Shown piece after piece: positions 36,559 to 50,671 of a stretch of DNA of 64,000 bases. The position numbers and the translations under genes are program-made. Below the pieces are notes generated by a model. That model searched no databases. It worked only from the letters and a program-made list of their open reading frames with translations, and was not told where the DNA came from. The first letter of the stretch is position 1, and the number at the start of each line of letters is the position of its first letter. Source of the DNA: Octopus vulgaris (lineage: Eukaryota); NCBI GenBank assembly GCA_951406725.2, contig OX597815.1, positions 68,200,001-68,264,000 on the forward strand. The letters run 5' to 3'.

Positions 36559-38364
36559 CCTTTTAGTGTTCAGATAATCTCAAATGTATGGCTTATTTGT
36601 TCACATTATTTTGAATTATTCAGGTTCAAGAGTATCCACAATATTTGCTTGTAACTTTAACTTTTTACATAGAGATTTGAAATTTTGTCAGTGGGTGTTT
36701 ATATACCAGTGGTTTATAGTTATGTAATTTTAGCTGATCTTGCTGATTAAATTTGACTTTTATGGGCAGGTAAATTTAATTAACAGGTGTAAAAGCAACA
36801 ACCTTATGGATAAACATTAAACTGAAATCCTTAATGCTTCTTACCTGTTTAATTTGTTAGTAAAATTATCCCAGATGACAACTGCCAACAATCATGCCAC
36901 TTTTCAAGATGAGGTACATTAATTTGAATTAAAATTCAGGTATAATCAGTGCAAGATTTTTTTCTTTCTCTATATTTCATTCAAACATTTTCATTGAAAA
37001 TAAAGGACGAAACTCATTTACTAGTCAATATACCATTGGCTATGTACTCTTATGCTATTTAATGAATACATTTATATCGCACAATGCATCTAATAAAAGC
37101 AAAAGCTCATTAACAGGTGGGGTAAAGGTGAATACAATGTGTAACATACTGAAAATTAATATGTATTTCTCACTTTCACATATTATTTGTTATAAAATGA
37201 AAGGAATATATGATAGTATTACTGTCAAACAACAAAATATAGTTGTGTGCTATATTTCTATTGTAAAACTATCCAAAGCATCCTTTACACAAGAGCACTT
37301 TGCAAAATGAACACATTTATGAGGTCTCAACCTGATATCCTTTTGCAGTTTTTCGTTTTTTGCAGCAAACACAGTCTGCAAACTTTTTCCTTCCATTTAT
37401 TTTTTCCGCTTTATGGAAGTCAATATTTTCTCTTTTGACATCCACCTCAGTTAATTTTGCCCCCCCCCCCACCACTTCTGTGCTTTCTGGAAGAAAAACC
37501 CTCATGTTACTGAGTTTCAATGTCAACCCAAAATTTCAAATGGCCGTTGTCCTTTGGTGACAGAGGCACTTTGTGGCTTTTTGCATAAACAATGTATACA
37601 TTAACTATAGTTAGACATAATACTGGAGATATATAGATCACCATACTTTATATCAGGATTCCAGTAGTTCCACAGTTAAGGAAGCTGCTTAATAACAAAC
37701 ATAATGTTTATAGCAAATGAAGCTCATCAGCTGCCATAGAGGATCGGGTCTTTCACGAATATAAATTATGCATTGAGCATTTGTTTCCTCCACAACAGTT
37801 TCAAAAAAACTTTTCACTAAAAATAGATAGTCCAGTGGTTGAGCATCAGGGGATAGACTGTATTGTCAACTAGTCTTTTCTGTGAAATCTGGAATTCTGG
37901 TTGATATAGTAATCTTCCACCATGTTGCCATAATGTTTACAATATCATTTTCATCACCTTTATTTTTATCACTTCCGTTATCAAAATCTTCCTCGTCCAT
38001 CGAAGATTCATAAATGTCAGTATGATTTGTCTGAAGACAAATCACTGTTGTTTTCGTTTATATTTTGTACATCATCAAGAGTAAAACCTTTGTAGTCAGA
38101 ATTGCTACTTACTGATGCCATATTGTTAAAAACTAAGATATATACTTCTCTTCAAATATGTTTCAAAAATTTCACCATATTTTTACTTGAATAAAAGCAG
38201 GAAAGGCTTTAATCTCACATTATCTCAAAGCTACAAGAATTCAATAATGTGATTTATTTTTTTAGTGATTTCATAGAGAAATTGGATATGGTTGGATTTG
38301 GCCAGTTCAAACAAATAAAAGGGAATAATTTTTGGCTGGTTTGGCCAGTCTAAACACTAAAGGA
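36559..38364 (-). mobile_element. piggyBac element (second family), decayed
   Basis: Termini CCTTTTAGTGTTCAGA and TCTAAACACTAAAGGA with ATAA/TTAA flanks. Minus-strand remnants include MASVSSNSDYKGFTLDDV, PDAQPLDY..VVEETN and a C-terminal Cys-rich domain DCVCCKKRK..ETS*MCSFCKVLLCKGCF. Confidence 0.8.
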
Positions 38365-40613
38365 TTAAATAAGTTTATTTAGTAATATGAGCAAGAAATA
38401 AATAAGCAGCATAATCTTTTTGTATTAACATCTACTTTCCTTATTTATGATAAACAGTGATTTTCAAGTAGAACAAGAATATATATCACTTATCTACATA
38501 ATATGTTTAAGTTGTTCCTTATCTTTTAAGATATATTGCCATGTTAAATCCAACTAATATTTCGATCTTATTGTAGTGTTCATCTTTGAGATAAATTTAC
38601 CTGTTCTTTGAAGTAGGTAAACTGAACACCTTACCTGAACCATTGTTGCCTCCTCTGGGTAAAACACTGTTCAGCTTCACTGTTTAGTGTTCAATATTCT
38701 TTCAGTCTGTCAATCCATTATAGATAGAAACTTACCAAGCATCAGACATTTGGCTATATCCAATATTTAGGAATACAAAGATTATATGAGCAGCACTAGT
38801 AGTCAGTATGCAGATGTATAATGAAATTTATTATTTCAATTAATGGATATTTTATGTACAACAAGTATATAAATGTAGCTGAGATTTTGTCCAGCCTATG
38901 TGTAAAAGACCATTAACTGCAATGATATTTTATATTATCTTCTAGTTTAGTACCTGTCAAAAGTGATGGTGTTTATTTGAATATAGAATAGCTTATGAAA
39001 CATTTTGCATAATGCTTTATGGTGAAATCTACTTGGCTGTCATTAGACTTGATAAAAAGGAAACTTTAACAGTGAATGGCAAAATACAGGGTAAAGGAAG
39101 AATGCTTCATCATTATAATACAGTCATGTGGAAGAATGGTTTAAGCTGAGATTGAAAAACAAATCGTTGTCACCCACTTTCATATATATTGTTTTATGAC
39201 TATGTGGTTATGTTTTGTTTTGTGTGTTCATATATATCATCATTTAATGTCCACTTTTTCATGTTTGCATGAGTCTGACAGAGTTTGTTGAGGCAGATGT
39301 CTACAGATGCTTGCCATTCTTGTTGCCAGCCCTCTCCTGTTTCCAAGCAAGGTAGTTTTCCTATAGCCAGACATGTTCTTCACTGAAGACTGAAAATGCA
39401 CAACCTTGCTTGTATGACAATGATGCTCATTTACAACCAGCATGTGATGTATTGACAAAGGTATACATATACATTCATTCATTCATATATATATATATAT
39501 ATATACATGTCTGTGCATACATGCACAAGTATTCATATATGTGTGTGCACATCCTAACCACTGCCTTTTCTGTATCTTCTCATTTTCTCTACACACCATG
39601 CCATGACATAACTATGGGAAATACTTGATTTGTGCATATTGAGCATCTCCCTCCCCTTTGCCTCCATCCCTTATATTCTTCTTCCACACCTTCCTCATGA
39701 ATAATGATTGAATTGGAAGGAATTGCATGCTGGCGACCTTTACCTACCCTGTATATCATGAAATAGCACCACAACCTCTCCTACTCAACCCTGCCCGCTC
39801 TTATCTCTTTCTAACTCTTGCATTAACCTCTTGAGGTTGCTTTTCATTTTTTCTCCTGTCCTCCTTCATAAGTGTCCCTACCCTCCTTCAACAACAAGCC
39901 TCTGTAACTCCAATAAAATTGTCATGGATTCTAACAAATCATCCAACCCAAACTGGCCGACCCATCCCATTATGGGGTTTGCCTACTTAACTCTCTCCAT
40001 TACTAATCCCTATCCATCTCCTTCAGACTAAGCACTGACATTACATTCCCCCTCCCTACTTCCACCCTAACACTGTTGCCTCTGTTATTCTCTCCATTAT
40101 CATCCTCTCACAATAAATTTTTTCCTTCCATCATGTGGTGCTCTCTTTTGCTTTACAATCTGCAAGGCAACCCCAACAGTGCTGGTGTCATAAAAGAGCA
40201 CTCTATAGAGTGGGTGGTGTTACGAAGGGCATTCAGCTCTAGAAATCATGCTAAAAATGACACTTTGGAGGAAGACATCCCTCAGTCACTTGCATTTTGT
40301 CAAACCCATGTCAGCATAGAATGTTGATATAAAGTAATGAGAATGATTTGTCTGTATTTGTGGTATTTACAGTTGTGTATATATCAGACCTCTTGTGAGC
40401 ACTAATGATAACATGTTACTCAGTACAAATTGTTGCATGATCAGGTTTGTCAGTGACTAAACAGACAATCCTATCAAGCTTGCTTGGTGAGAGGGTGACT
40501 TCGGATACTCTGCTGGATGAAAAATAAGACCTTTCAAAAAGCATTTGAGCTTAGGGAAGTCAGTGACTGTCCTATAATGTGCGTGTGTGTATCTATGTAT
40601 GTGTGTGTGTGTG

Positions 40614-40648
<35 letters not shown>

Positions 40649-40650
<2 letters not shown>

Positions 40651-41027
40651 TCTTTTACTTGTTTCAGTCATTTGACTGCGGCCATGCTGGAGCACCGCCT
40701 TTAATCGAGCAACTCGACCCCGGGACTTATTCTTTGTAAGCCCAGTACTTATTCTACCGGTCTCTTTTGCCGAACCGCTAAGTGACGGGGACGTAAACAC
40801 ACCAGCATCGGTTGTCAAGCAATGCTAGGGGGACAAACACAGACACATATACATATATATACATATATACGACAGGCTTCTTTCAGTTTCCGTCTACCAA
40901 ATCCACTCACAAGGCATTGGTCGGCCCGGGGCTATAGCAGAAGACACTTGCCCAAGATGCCACGCAGTGGGACTGAACCCGCAACCATGTGGTTGGTTAG
41001 CAAGCTACTTACCACACAGCCACTCCA
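40649..41027 (-). mobile_element. Young full-length tRNA-derived CORE-like SINE (non-RTE tail)
   Basis: Head GGAGTGGCTGTGTGGTAAG..GGTTCAGTCCC (A/B boxes), body TTGGGCAAGTGTC, tail ending GACTGAAACAAGTAAAAGAG. Older copies lie at about 1020-1420, 6235-6575, 35605-35985 and 44220-44525. Confidence 0.85.
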
Positions 41028-41047
41028 TATATATATATATATATCTT

Positions 41048-41966
41048 ATCATCATCATTGTTTAATGTCCATTTTCCATGCTAGCATGGGTTGGACAGTT
41101 TGACTGAGGTCTGGAATGCCAGCAGCTGCAACAGGCCCCAATCTGATCTGGCAATGTTTCTACAGCTGGATGCTCTTCCTAACGCCAACCACTCTGAGAG
41201 TGTAGTGGGTGCTTTTTATGTGTCACTGGCACAGGAGCCAATCAGGTGGCTATCACGTTTGGATAGTGCTTTTTATGTGTCACTGGTACAGGAGCTAGTT
41301 AGGAGGCACTGGCATCAGCCACGTTTGGATGGTGCTTTTTATGTGCCACTTGCATGGGAGTCAATTAGGTGGTCGTGGCATTGACCACATTCAGATGGTG
41401 CATTTTACATGCCACCAGCACGGGAGCCAGTCAGCGGGCACTGACCACAGCTATGATTTTGGTTTTACTTGACTCAACAGGTCTTCTCAAGCATATCATA
41501 TCGCCCAGCGCATCAAGGGTATTTTAAATGGGCTGGACATGCAACACTGGTATCGGCCATGACTGCAGTCTCATTTTAGTTGCCAGGTCTCCTCAATCAC
41601 AGCAAATCTCCAAAGGTCTTTGTCTCCTGTTGTTGCCTCTGTAAGGCCCAATGTTCGAAGGTCATTCTTCACCACCTCATTCCATGTCTTCCTGGGTCTA
41701 CCTCTTCCACAGGTTCCTTCCACAGTTAGGGTGTGGCACTTCCTCACACAGCTGTCCTCATCCATACGTAACACATGATCCTACCAGCACAGTCGTCCCT
41801 CTTGCACACTACATTTGACGATGCTTCTTATGTCCAACTTTTCTCTCAGGGCACTCACACTCTGTTGTGTATGCACACTGACATTACACATCCAGCAGAT
41901 CATACTAGCTTCATTTCTTTCAAGCCTATGCATGTCCTCAGCAGTCATGACCCATATTGTTAGTGG
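41048..41966 (-). mobile_element. RTE LINE 3' fragment
   Basis: RLERNEASMICWMCNVSVH..LREKLDIRS..LRMDEDSCVRKCHTLTVEGTCGRGRPRKTWNEVVKNDL, plus the full 3' tail. Confidence 0.9.
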
Positions 41967-43221
41967 CATGTCTGTAATTCATTCAAATTAGGTCCCAAAG
42001 AAATAAGTAACTTGCATCTTCACAGTTTTGAAAATGACACAGTATACCAATGGGGGAAACTGGTGCAGGCAGCAATATACTGTCATACTTACAAGCCGTG
42101 ATGTTGGGCAAACATCTGGAATGATGTTTTATAGCCTTGATACAAACCAATGTAGATGATGTTGCAATGTCTAAATATTATTTAAGTAATTTTGACAATC
42201 CCCTGCATTTTCATACAAGCTTAGTTGTCTTGACTTCATCTTGCCACTGGACAAATTGTGAGCAAGTGAGACTATGTCTGATGTGCACACGGTGCTTTCT
42301 CACTTTAAAAATATAATCCTATACTAGTTTGGTATCTGCCTATGCCAGTAGTTCCCAAACTTTTACTCATGGCACACCTTACAAGAAATCAAAGTATTTT
42401 GGTGCACTTTGTACATAAATTCTTAAATTTATTCAAAAGGGGTTTTATACATATTAGCATAAACTATAAAGTAATATATAATTAAAAATATAGAAAAACT
42501 GCATGTACTTACTCTTCATTCTATATATGAAGCAATGTTATCAAGGAGAAACATGTGCTTAATGTTTTTTGGAAACACTTTCAATATTGGGACATATTTG
42601 AGAAAGATAAACCTTCATTTCTTCTTCAATGCAACAGAGCCTCACTTTTTTTGGGAATTTGATGTTATTGAGGGTTGAAAATCCCAACTCACATAAATAT
42701 GATGTGAAAAATTGTATTGAAATGGATAAGGCTTTTTTTGCTACTGACAGATATCTCCTATAGTAGCAATCCAAAATATATCAATCATACTTGATTTTTA
42801 AGTCTGTGATCACTGGATATAGATGCCAATTCCTCTTCTTCACATATTTTCTGACCATTATTAGATGGAATTTTTATGAAAGGATTCTGAACCCTTCATA
42901 CACTTCTGTGTTCAATGACAGAAAATAAAATTTTATTTTTTCTTCCAGATTTGTCAAATGTTAAAATACAATAGGAATTGTTTCCTTTATAAAGCTTTTA
43001 CATATTAAGGGAAACATTTTGAAGTTACCACCTTCAGCTCTATTTCTCTAAATTACAACTTTCTTTTTAATGAAACCAACTTATGCCGAAGTGAGAATGT
43101 TTTCATCTCTACCTTGCATACTTGTGTTGACGCTACTAAGTTGTGCAAATATCTCTGTTAAATATTCCAGCTTGGAAACCCAAAATTCACATTGTAGATA
43201 TTCCAAGAAGCATTCTTGTTT

Positions 43222-43521
43222 TTGTATACTGTCAGCTTAATGTGACAGCCCCATGAAGGGAATCATACTATTGCTATTTAGCCCTAGGAAGCAGCAACGC
43301 TTCCTGTCAGCCTTGACACATTTCTTGTGTCCTTATGTTTTCAATGGGGAGATAAGCACCTCCACCCAGCTAAGCCTGCATTCAGAGACTAGTTTCTGAG
43401 TCTTTGCTCATCATCAGTCTGGAGTAGCATGGCCGACTGGAAGCGTTGCTGCTTCCTAGGGCTAAATAGCAGTAGTATGATTCCCTTCATGGGACTGTCA
43501 CATTAAGTTGACAGTATACAA
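43222..43521 (-). mobile_element. Small inverted-repeat insertion carrying a hammerhead (Penelope pLTR/retrozyme-like)
   Basis: ~90 bp inverted arms (43222-43311 and 43432-43521) surround a spacer containing the ribozyme motif. The insertion splits the hAT coding remnant. Confidence 0.7.
43381..43423 (-). ncRNA. Type I hammerhead ribozyme, canonical core
   Basis: Minus strand: UCCAGA-CUGAUGA-UGAG-caaaga-CUCA-GAAA-CUAG-UC-UCUGAA. Stem I is CAGA/UCUG, stem II has 4 bp, stem III is the palindrome ACUAGU, and the cleavage triplet is GUC. Confidence 0.8.
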
Positions 43522-43914
43522 CTACTTTATTGTACCACTACTGCATAAATCTCTCTGAGATATTTAGAAATGTATTATTTCTATTCTTATTTTTCTTCTT
43601 TAAAAAATGCATGCAATTCTTCCTGGAGTTCAAGTATGCAACATAGCATCTTACCTTTTGAGAGCCATCTAACTTTTGTGTGTAAAAGTAAGCGTTCGTG
43701 TTGGGAAACCATATCAATACAAATTTGTTCAGATAAGCAACACTTCAATGGCCTACATTGTCATTCTCAGTACCAAATACAATGAATCAGAGATTTGCAG
43801 TCCACTTTCAATATAAAAGACAATAAGATCAGATATGTTGCAGAATATTTGAGGCTAAGTGTGGTTCAACATAACCTGAAGAACTAAGGCTCTGTAGGAA
43901 TCTTAATAAAGGTT

Positions 43915-44122
43915 TCAAATTTTGGTACAAGGCCAGAGATTTTCAAGAGAGGGGCTAGTTGATTACATTTATCCCAGTGCTTGATTGGTACTTATTTTAT
44001 GGACTTCAAAAAGATGAAAGGCAAAGTTGACCTTAGTAGAATTTGAACTCAGAATGTAAAGCTGGATGGAATGCCACTAAGCATTTTGCCTGACATGCTA
44101 ACAATTCTGCCAGTTCACCATC
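43915..44122 (-). mobile_element. tRNA-derived SINE, (TTA)n-tailed family
   Basis: Reverse complement of the 18330-18775 units. Confidence 0.7.
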
Positions 44123-44550
44123 TTGTAGGAATTTTAATATAGAAAAAGAAAACAGTTTGATCTATGTGATAGCATGATCTTGTTCAGATCATAGCAATCT
44201 GGAAAAAAGCATTATATATCCTTTATCATTTACTTCTTCCAGTCATTGGACTACAGCCATGCTGATGCACTGTCTTGAAAGGTTTGGTTGAACAAATCAC
44301 CCCAGTACTTAATAAATAAGTCTGGTACTTATTCTACTGGTCTCATTTGCTGACCCACTAAGTTACAGGGATGTGAATAAACCAACTAAGGGGGAACACA
44401 CTCAAGGCTTCTACACAGTTTCCATATACCAAATTCACTCACAAGGCCCAGGTCTAAAGTAAAGGATACTTTCCCAAGGTGCCATGTGGATGCAAATTGA
44501 GCTTCTTGACCTCAGTCATACCTGCACCTACACACACACACACACACATA

Positions 44551-46740
44551 TGGGAATCTCTTGCTTTACAGAAGTAATGTATTCCTGAAAATTTGGCTGT
44601 AACATGAAATTGTGTAATGCAAAATTAATTTTCCTATTGGTTTTCAATATTATCAAGTGAGAATGCATTCCTACAGACATTTTTTGATTGGGTGGGGAAC
44701 CCACAAGAAAACAACAGAGAACAAGCAACACAATCACTTTTGTACATGAAAATAACTATTTCTAAACATACACAGTACAATATAGATAAAAACAAAACTA
44801 TTTTACAAGGAATACGTTAGGGAATTATTAAAAATTATCTTGTAAGAGTACATTCCTAATACAAAAGATGTTGACTATTGTGTGAGGAGTGGTGGTGGAA
44901 TGAGCATTAGCAGGAGGATGAGAGACAATATTTACTATTGTACAATATTTATTGTCTTATAATTCATTATCCTGAACATCAACTTGAGGGGTGAAGATCA
45001 AGATCTTATCCAAAGTCGTTTATGACACATCTCTTTGTACAGCTCAGTATAGGAACTGAGCTCATTGTAAACTCCTCTTGTAATTTTTATATTACATTCA
45101 CAATTAGGATCATTATCAGCAAAAACCTGCAGATCTTCCTCTATAAGTGCCAATCCTTTAGCAATAATTTTTGTAGTCAATTTAAGTGGTGTAAATGGAA
45201 CTTCCATTGTCTCATCTATATTCTCAACTTGTTCTTTTTCTAACAGCATCAGCTCCTCATTAGACAAACTTTCTCTCTAGGGTAGTATCAACTCAGACAT
45301 ATCATCCTCTATGACATCTTCAAATCCAACATCATTTGCAAGTGTCTCTATATCTTTCTGAATTTGATGTAGACTTTCTGCTTGAGGAAAACTCGTAATG
45401 TTACTGATACAGTCTGGCCATATATTTTTCCAAGCACTATTCAGAATTAAGGTTTTGCTTTATCCCATGACTTGGCTATATTATCCACAGCATCTATTAT
45501 GTTGAATTTCTTCCAGAAATCTCCAATTGTAGGCTCATCTTCCCTGTCAGTTGCTTTCATAAGTTATTTAAAAGTTCTCATATGATATGCCTTTGTCACA
45601 CTTTCATCCATTGAAAATGAAGTTGTATTCTTGGGTATATGTTCTACTCTTGCATTATCAGAAACGTCATCTCAGTTTGCTGTGTGGTTTAGTGCATTGT
45701 CTAAAAGAAGCAATGTTTTGTTGGAAGTATTGTCTGGCACTGTAACTTTTTATGGCAGGACAAACCACTCTTTGAAAAGGTTCTTAGTTATCCATTCCTT
45801 CTTATTTTAAAGGTAGATTAATCTTTGTGTAACCTGTAAATGTCCTTTTCAGAGTGAGACATGGGTAGGTGTTTTCATTTCATTTCACTACTGGCATTTC
45901 CTCACGAAGGAAGCTTTAAATCTTGATGTTGATTTTTATTTTCTTCTTGAGAAATAAGAGTTCTAGCAGGTATGCATTTTCAGAAAAGTTGTATACTTGC
46001 CCTGGTGTTTAACTGCATTCAGCACTCATTTCCTTCAACTGCTCAAGATAATTTGTAGCAGCCTCTGTCATAGCTTGCAGTTTCACTAATCATTTTTATG
46101 TTGTACAATTTCACATTCTTCTTAAGCCTTTCAAATCAGCCTTTATAAGCCAAAAAGGGTTTTTCATTAGAAGTTTCACCTTTTTCTGCAAATTGTCATA
46201 TAAACTTTAGGCTCTTTTTTTTTAATTACCACCATGTTTATCAGATCATTACACTGACTTTGATCAATGATCCATACAATCAAGTCATTCCATTTTAAGC
46301 ATTATATTAGATCTATGGAAAAATAAGGTCCAGACAGTTAACAGAGTAGCTTCTTGAGCAATTGATATAATTTCCTGTCTGTTATCATGTATTGTTCCCA
46401 CTGTAGATGTTACAAGATTTAATGTTTTGGCAGTATAACTTAGTTTTACTTTTGCATCAAGTCTTTTTAAACATCAAGTTTAATATCCAGTGTAAGCCCT
46501 TTACAGTTGCTTTTGCACTACTACCTTTACATCAACTTGATAGCTTCTTTCCAGACATCTTAAATGAAGGCAAATCCAACAGTAGTGGCAATAAATTATC
46601 TACAACAAATATGTAGTAAAAGGAATTGGCCCAGCAAAGATCTGATTTGTGAGAGTAGAAAATTGCCTTATTCCTATTGATGCAACGATGAAAATGAGAT
46701 GAAACGGTGAAGGAGCGAGGAAGAGAAAGCACTATGATTA
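44551..46740 (-). mobile_element. Tigger/pogo transposon remnant
   Basis: Minus-strand fragments include LLLLDNAL.H, PKNTTS, IGDFWKKFNIIDAVDNIAKSWD, LNSAWKNIWPDC and LSNEEL..LE. A Tigger-like terminus (CAGGCATACCTC on minus) at ~48017 may be its distal end. Confidence 0.75.
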
Positions 46741-47269
46741 CAGTTAGCTGAAGGATTACCAGATTTTATTGTCAATTCATCCCTTATCCCTTGCATGTCT
46801 GACCTAAGACATAAACATATATCACTACCACCACCCCCACACACACACATACATACTTATGCACATGTGTTGGTGCACATGCTGATATCTTTTATAGCCA
46901 GTTGGATTCAAAAGGTGTGTTGGTAATGGGGGTGATATGGATTGCATTGCTATAGTTGTGACAATGGGCTGGTATTGTTGGTGGTGTGGTGGTCATATTG
47001 TTCTTGCTAACTGCATTGCTGTGGCTGTTTAGTCTTAAGTCAATCCTTATAGACCTAAGATCAAGGACATTTTATTCCACATTTAAAATACACTAGGATA
47101 CCACATTATTTTTATTTGAAATAGATTTGCTTATCTACTTCATACAATATATTACTGTTGCTATTGATGGTTGTGCTCATGGTAATGATAGAAATGCACA
47201 GTACTTACAGACATATTCATATAAGTGTTTGTATATGTACCCACATTATGTACATTATTTATAAATGAT

Positions 47270-47780
47270 TTAAGAAGAAAACTGGGTTTAAGAGGCATCA
47301 GATGTTGTGTGCAAGAGATAATTGCACTGATTTAAGTCATGTGATGCATATGGATGAGGATAGCTACATAAAGTGCCAAGCTCTAATTGTGGAGAAAACC
47401 TGTGGAAGGGTTAGACCCAAGAAGGTGTGGGACAAAGTGATGAGAAGGAATCTTCAGATGCTGGGAAATGACAAGGGATCAGGAGTTGTGGCAATTTGCT
47501 GTACTTGAGAAGATGCGTCAAACTAAGTAAAATCTCTGTCATCCATATATAAAGGCTTGTCCTTTACAGGTGGCAGTGCTGTGTAAACGCACCTGTGCCA
47601 GTGGCACGTAAAAAGCACACAACACACTCTGTAAAGGGATTGGTGTTAGGAAAGGCATCCAGCTGTAGAAACTATGCCACAACAAACAATTGGAGTCGGG
47701 ACAGCTCTTTGGCTGGCCAACTCCTATCAGATCATCTAACCCATGCCACTATGGAAAACGGATGTTAAGCAATGATGGTG
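47270..47780 (+). mobile_element. RTE LINE 3' fragment
   Basis: HVMHMDEDSYIKCQALIVEKTCGRVRPKKVWDKV followed by the RTE tail. Confidence 0.8.
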
Positions 47781-48080
47781 TGTGTGTGTGCATGCATGTG
47801 TATAACCTGATGATAGTTTTTCAAATCAAGAACTATATTTAACTAAAATGCAAGTGACCATTGAGCTAAGAAGGAAGTATAGTTTTAGATCATTAACAAT
47901 TTAAAATTATGCAATATGAGTTTCTGTAGGAGCAAAATTACAGACCATATCCCGAAAGTAATGGTTCTACTTCGCAATTTCTGTAAGGTCAAATTCCTGT
48001 AACATGAGGTATGCCTGTACATATCGTGCTGAGTTTTTTTTCCTCTGATATTGGACTATCAAAGTTGTTGTAAGGTTTAA

Positions 48081-48249
48081 CCCTTTAGCATTCACATTAT
48101 TTTGTCAGAAGTAATGCTTATTTATTCACATTGTTTTGAATTAATCAATGCAGTTTCATGTAGCTTTGAGATTTTGATGAGGAAACTGTTACGTTTTAGA
48201 ATGATATTGTAATGATATTAAATTTAGAATGATATTAAATGGTAAAGGG
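48081..48249. mobile_element. piggyBac-derived MITE (169 bp)
   Basis: TTAA-CCCTTTAGCATT ... AATGGTAAAGGG-TTAA. The left subterminal sequence (GCTTATTTATTCACATTGTTTTGAATTA) matches the element at 36559. Confidence 0.85.
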
Positions 48250-50671
48250 TTAATTTATTGGGCTACTGACCTCAATCACAATCTAACCTTGTTGCATTGC
48301 TCTACTTACCCCAGTGTACTTGGCTGAGAACAGGTGCCGTTTCCCTTTATGGATTGTTGGTTGGTTAGTGGGTGTTTGAAAATTATCTAATAAATATAAA
48401 TTTCAAATTTGCAAAATTTATTCTTCTGATGTTTTTAGGAAATCTTTGGAAAGTGGCCAAAAAATCAAGTTTAAAAATACATAATTTTTGTTAACTTTAT
48501 CCTTATTACCAAGGAATTTTACTGCATCCCTTTACCTTTCACTATAACACATACCAAAGAAGCAAGGAATAAAAAAAAAAAACAAATTCAAATATAATTT
48601 TGCTAGTCTTACAGCTAATTTCCTTTTTCTGTTAATCTAAGTTGAATCATCACTAGTGTTGTTGTTTTCATACCCACCACCACCGCCACATTTATTATTA
48701 GTATTTTTATTTTTATCAATGAAGAAAGGTGTCTCTTGACACTGTATGTGTTAAGGAGAGAAAGTGGGAGGAGATGGTAGAAAACCAAAATATCAGCAGT
48801 TATGAAGGTCTGGAGGTCCTATATACACTGACTGCAGTGGAGGTGTAGCTGAGAAAAAAGTAATTTCTTGTATCTCATCACTAAAAACATTAGGAATAGA
48901 TTATAATGTTGCCCTGCCTGTATGTAGATCTAGGCATGCTTCTATAAAAAGAATAAAGGGTAGGAAAGAAAGAAGGAAGGAGAAAAGAGAGAGATTGGGG
49001 GAAGAAGGCAAGGTGTGTTTGTGTGTGGATTACCTTTCTCTTGTTAAACATTATTAATATAACAACATAATATAATCCAGTTAGGCTTTCATTTTTGCAT
49101 GTAAAGGTAAATCAAAGAATACCTTGAAAACTTTCAGAACTGCAAAAGTATTTAGAATGGTGTGTTTGTCAAATTGCTGTGCTACCAGCACTCTTGCACA
49201 GAAAGGTTCCACCAGCATTTATGCTGCTGCTGCATCTCATATAGCCTAACTTTTACTTTTCCCTACTAAAATCACGTTCCTATTCTTTTTTTTTTCTCTC
49301 TCTCTCTCTTTTTTTTTTGAGTGTTGCATACCTGAGCATCATTTTATTTATTTGTTGTTAAAGAAATTTACATAACAGACCACTTTGTGTGAGTGTATGT
49401 GTGAGTATATGTTGACGGATGTCTCAGTTATTTTTACTGAGGGTTCTGAAATCAGCTTTGAGAGAGAGAGGGAGAGAGAGAGAGATATGTATATGTGTTG
49501 GGGTGAGGGAGGTGTGTTTGCGTGGAGGCGGAGGGGGATGAGATGGGTGGGGGTGCCATATGTACCATAGTATATTACTTATCTTCACTGTCCTTTTGTA
49601 ATAGGATACCTTTTTAAGTGCAAATCAACAAGCAGCTTTATAACAGGGGGAAAAACAGTCTGACTATAAACCGCATTCTGTAACATCTCTTGTCAGATGG
49701 GCCTCCAGCACAAATGCTTCAAAATGACTTGCTAGCAGTTAGGATTTTACACACAGATTTCATTAATTTTAATAGTAAGTTATTGAAAAAATGCTTTCAC
49801 TTTTCCAATTACCTTCTATGTTTATTTAGGCCTTTATGTTTCAAAATAGAATTTCTTTTGGTTGTTATTAAATTACTGTTTAACGTTCTTAAGAAAGGTG
49901 TCACTGTTTGTCCTTAGTTTTTATATTTTATTTTATATATACTTAATGCATATGCATACACATACCTTGTTTCACTTACACACTTGCAAACTTTTTTTTT
50001 ATTGTAAATATGTACATGCACAATCACATAGGTATGTGGGTGTCTCTCTATGTATGTATACACACACATGCAAAGTCACATAGGATGTGTATACATACAT
50101 ACATACAGATTTGCATGGTATATACTGTTTGATAATGTATACACTTTGTGTATGTATATATGCACATAAAAATTTGTATGGTATATACTGTTTGACAATG
50201 TGTACACTTTATGTATGTATATACAGTTGTATGTGCATATTTATATATGCATACATACTCACATTGGCCTGTTTTGTTTTGAAAATTTTAGTTTTAATTA
50301 TTGTTGAACTTTTAGTTACTATTATTGATGGAAGGCAAATTGAATAGAAATCTATTGATCCAATGTGGGTTTTTTATTTTTATTTATTTATTTTTTCCTA
50401 CTATTTTTCTAATCAATTTATTATTTCATCTGTTGTTGCAGACATGATGTTATCTTAATTAAGTACTTAACTGTAATCATTTTCTTTTTGAATTTAATCT
50501 TATATAGTTTTTTTTTTCATTGTCTTCAGGATCTTTGTCATCCAAGGCAATTCAATATTCAGTTAGAATAGTTTCAGTTTCATTTTCAAATTGAACTTTC
50601 ATTACTTTTATTTTCTGCTTTCTTTGTGTGATTTATTATTATTAATATTATTATTATTATTATTATTATTA

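Larger units (their letters stand above)
42346..43720 (-). mobile_element. hAT (Charlie/Buster, ZBED8-like) transposon 3' remnant
   Basis: TIR-like CAGTAGTTCCCAAACTTTT at 42346. Minus strand reads LLLHTKVRWLSKGK, LEYLTEIFAQL..MQG and FFTSYLCELGFSTL. It is interrupted at 43222-43521. Confidence 0.85.

Noticed and set aside
40960-41027. tRNA-like A/B boxes
   Set aside because: These are SINE heads; no complete cloverleaf.
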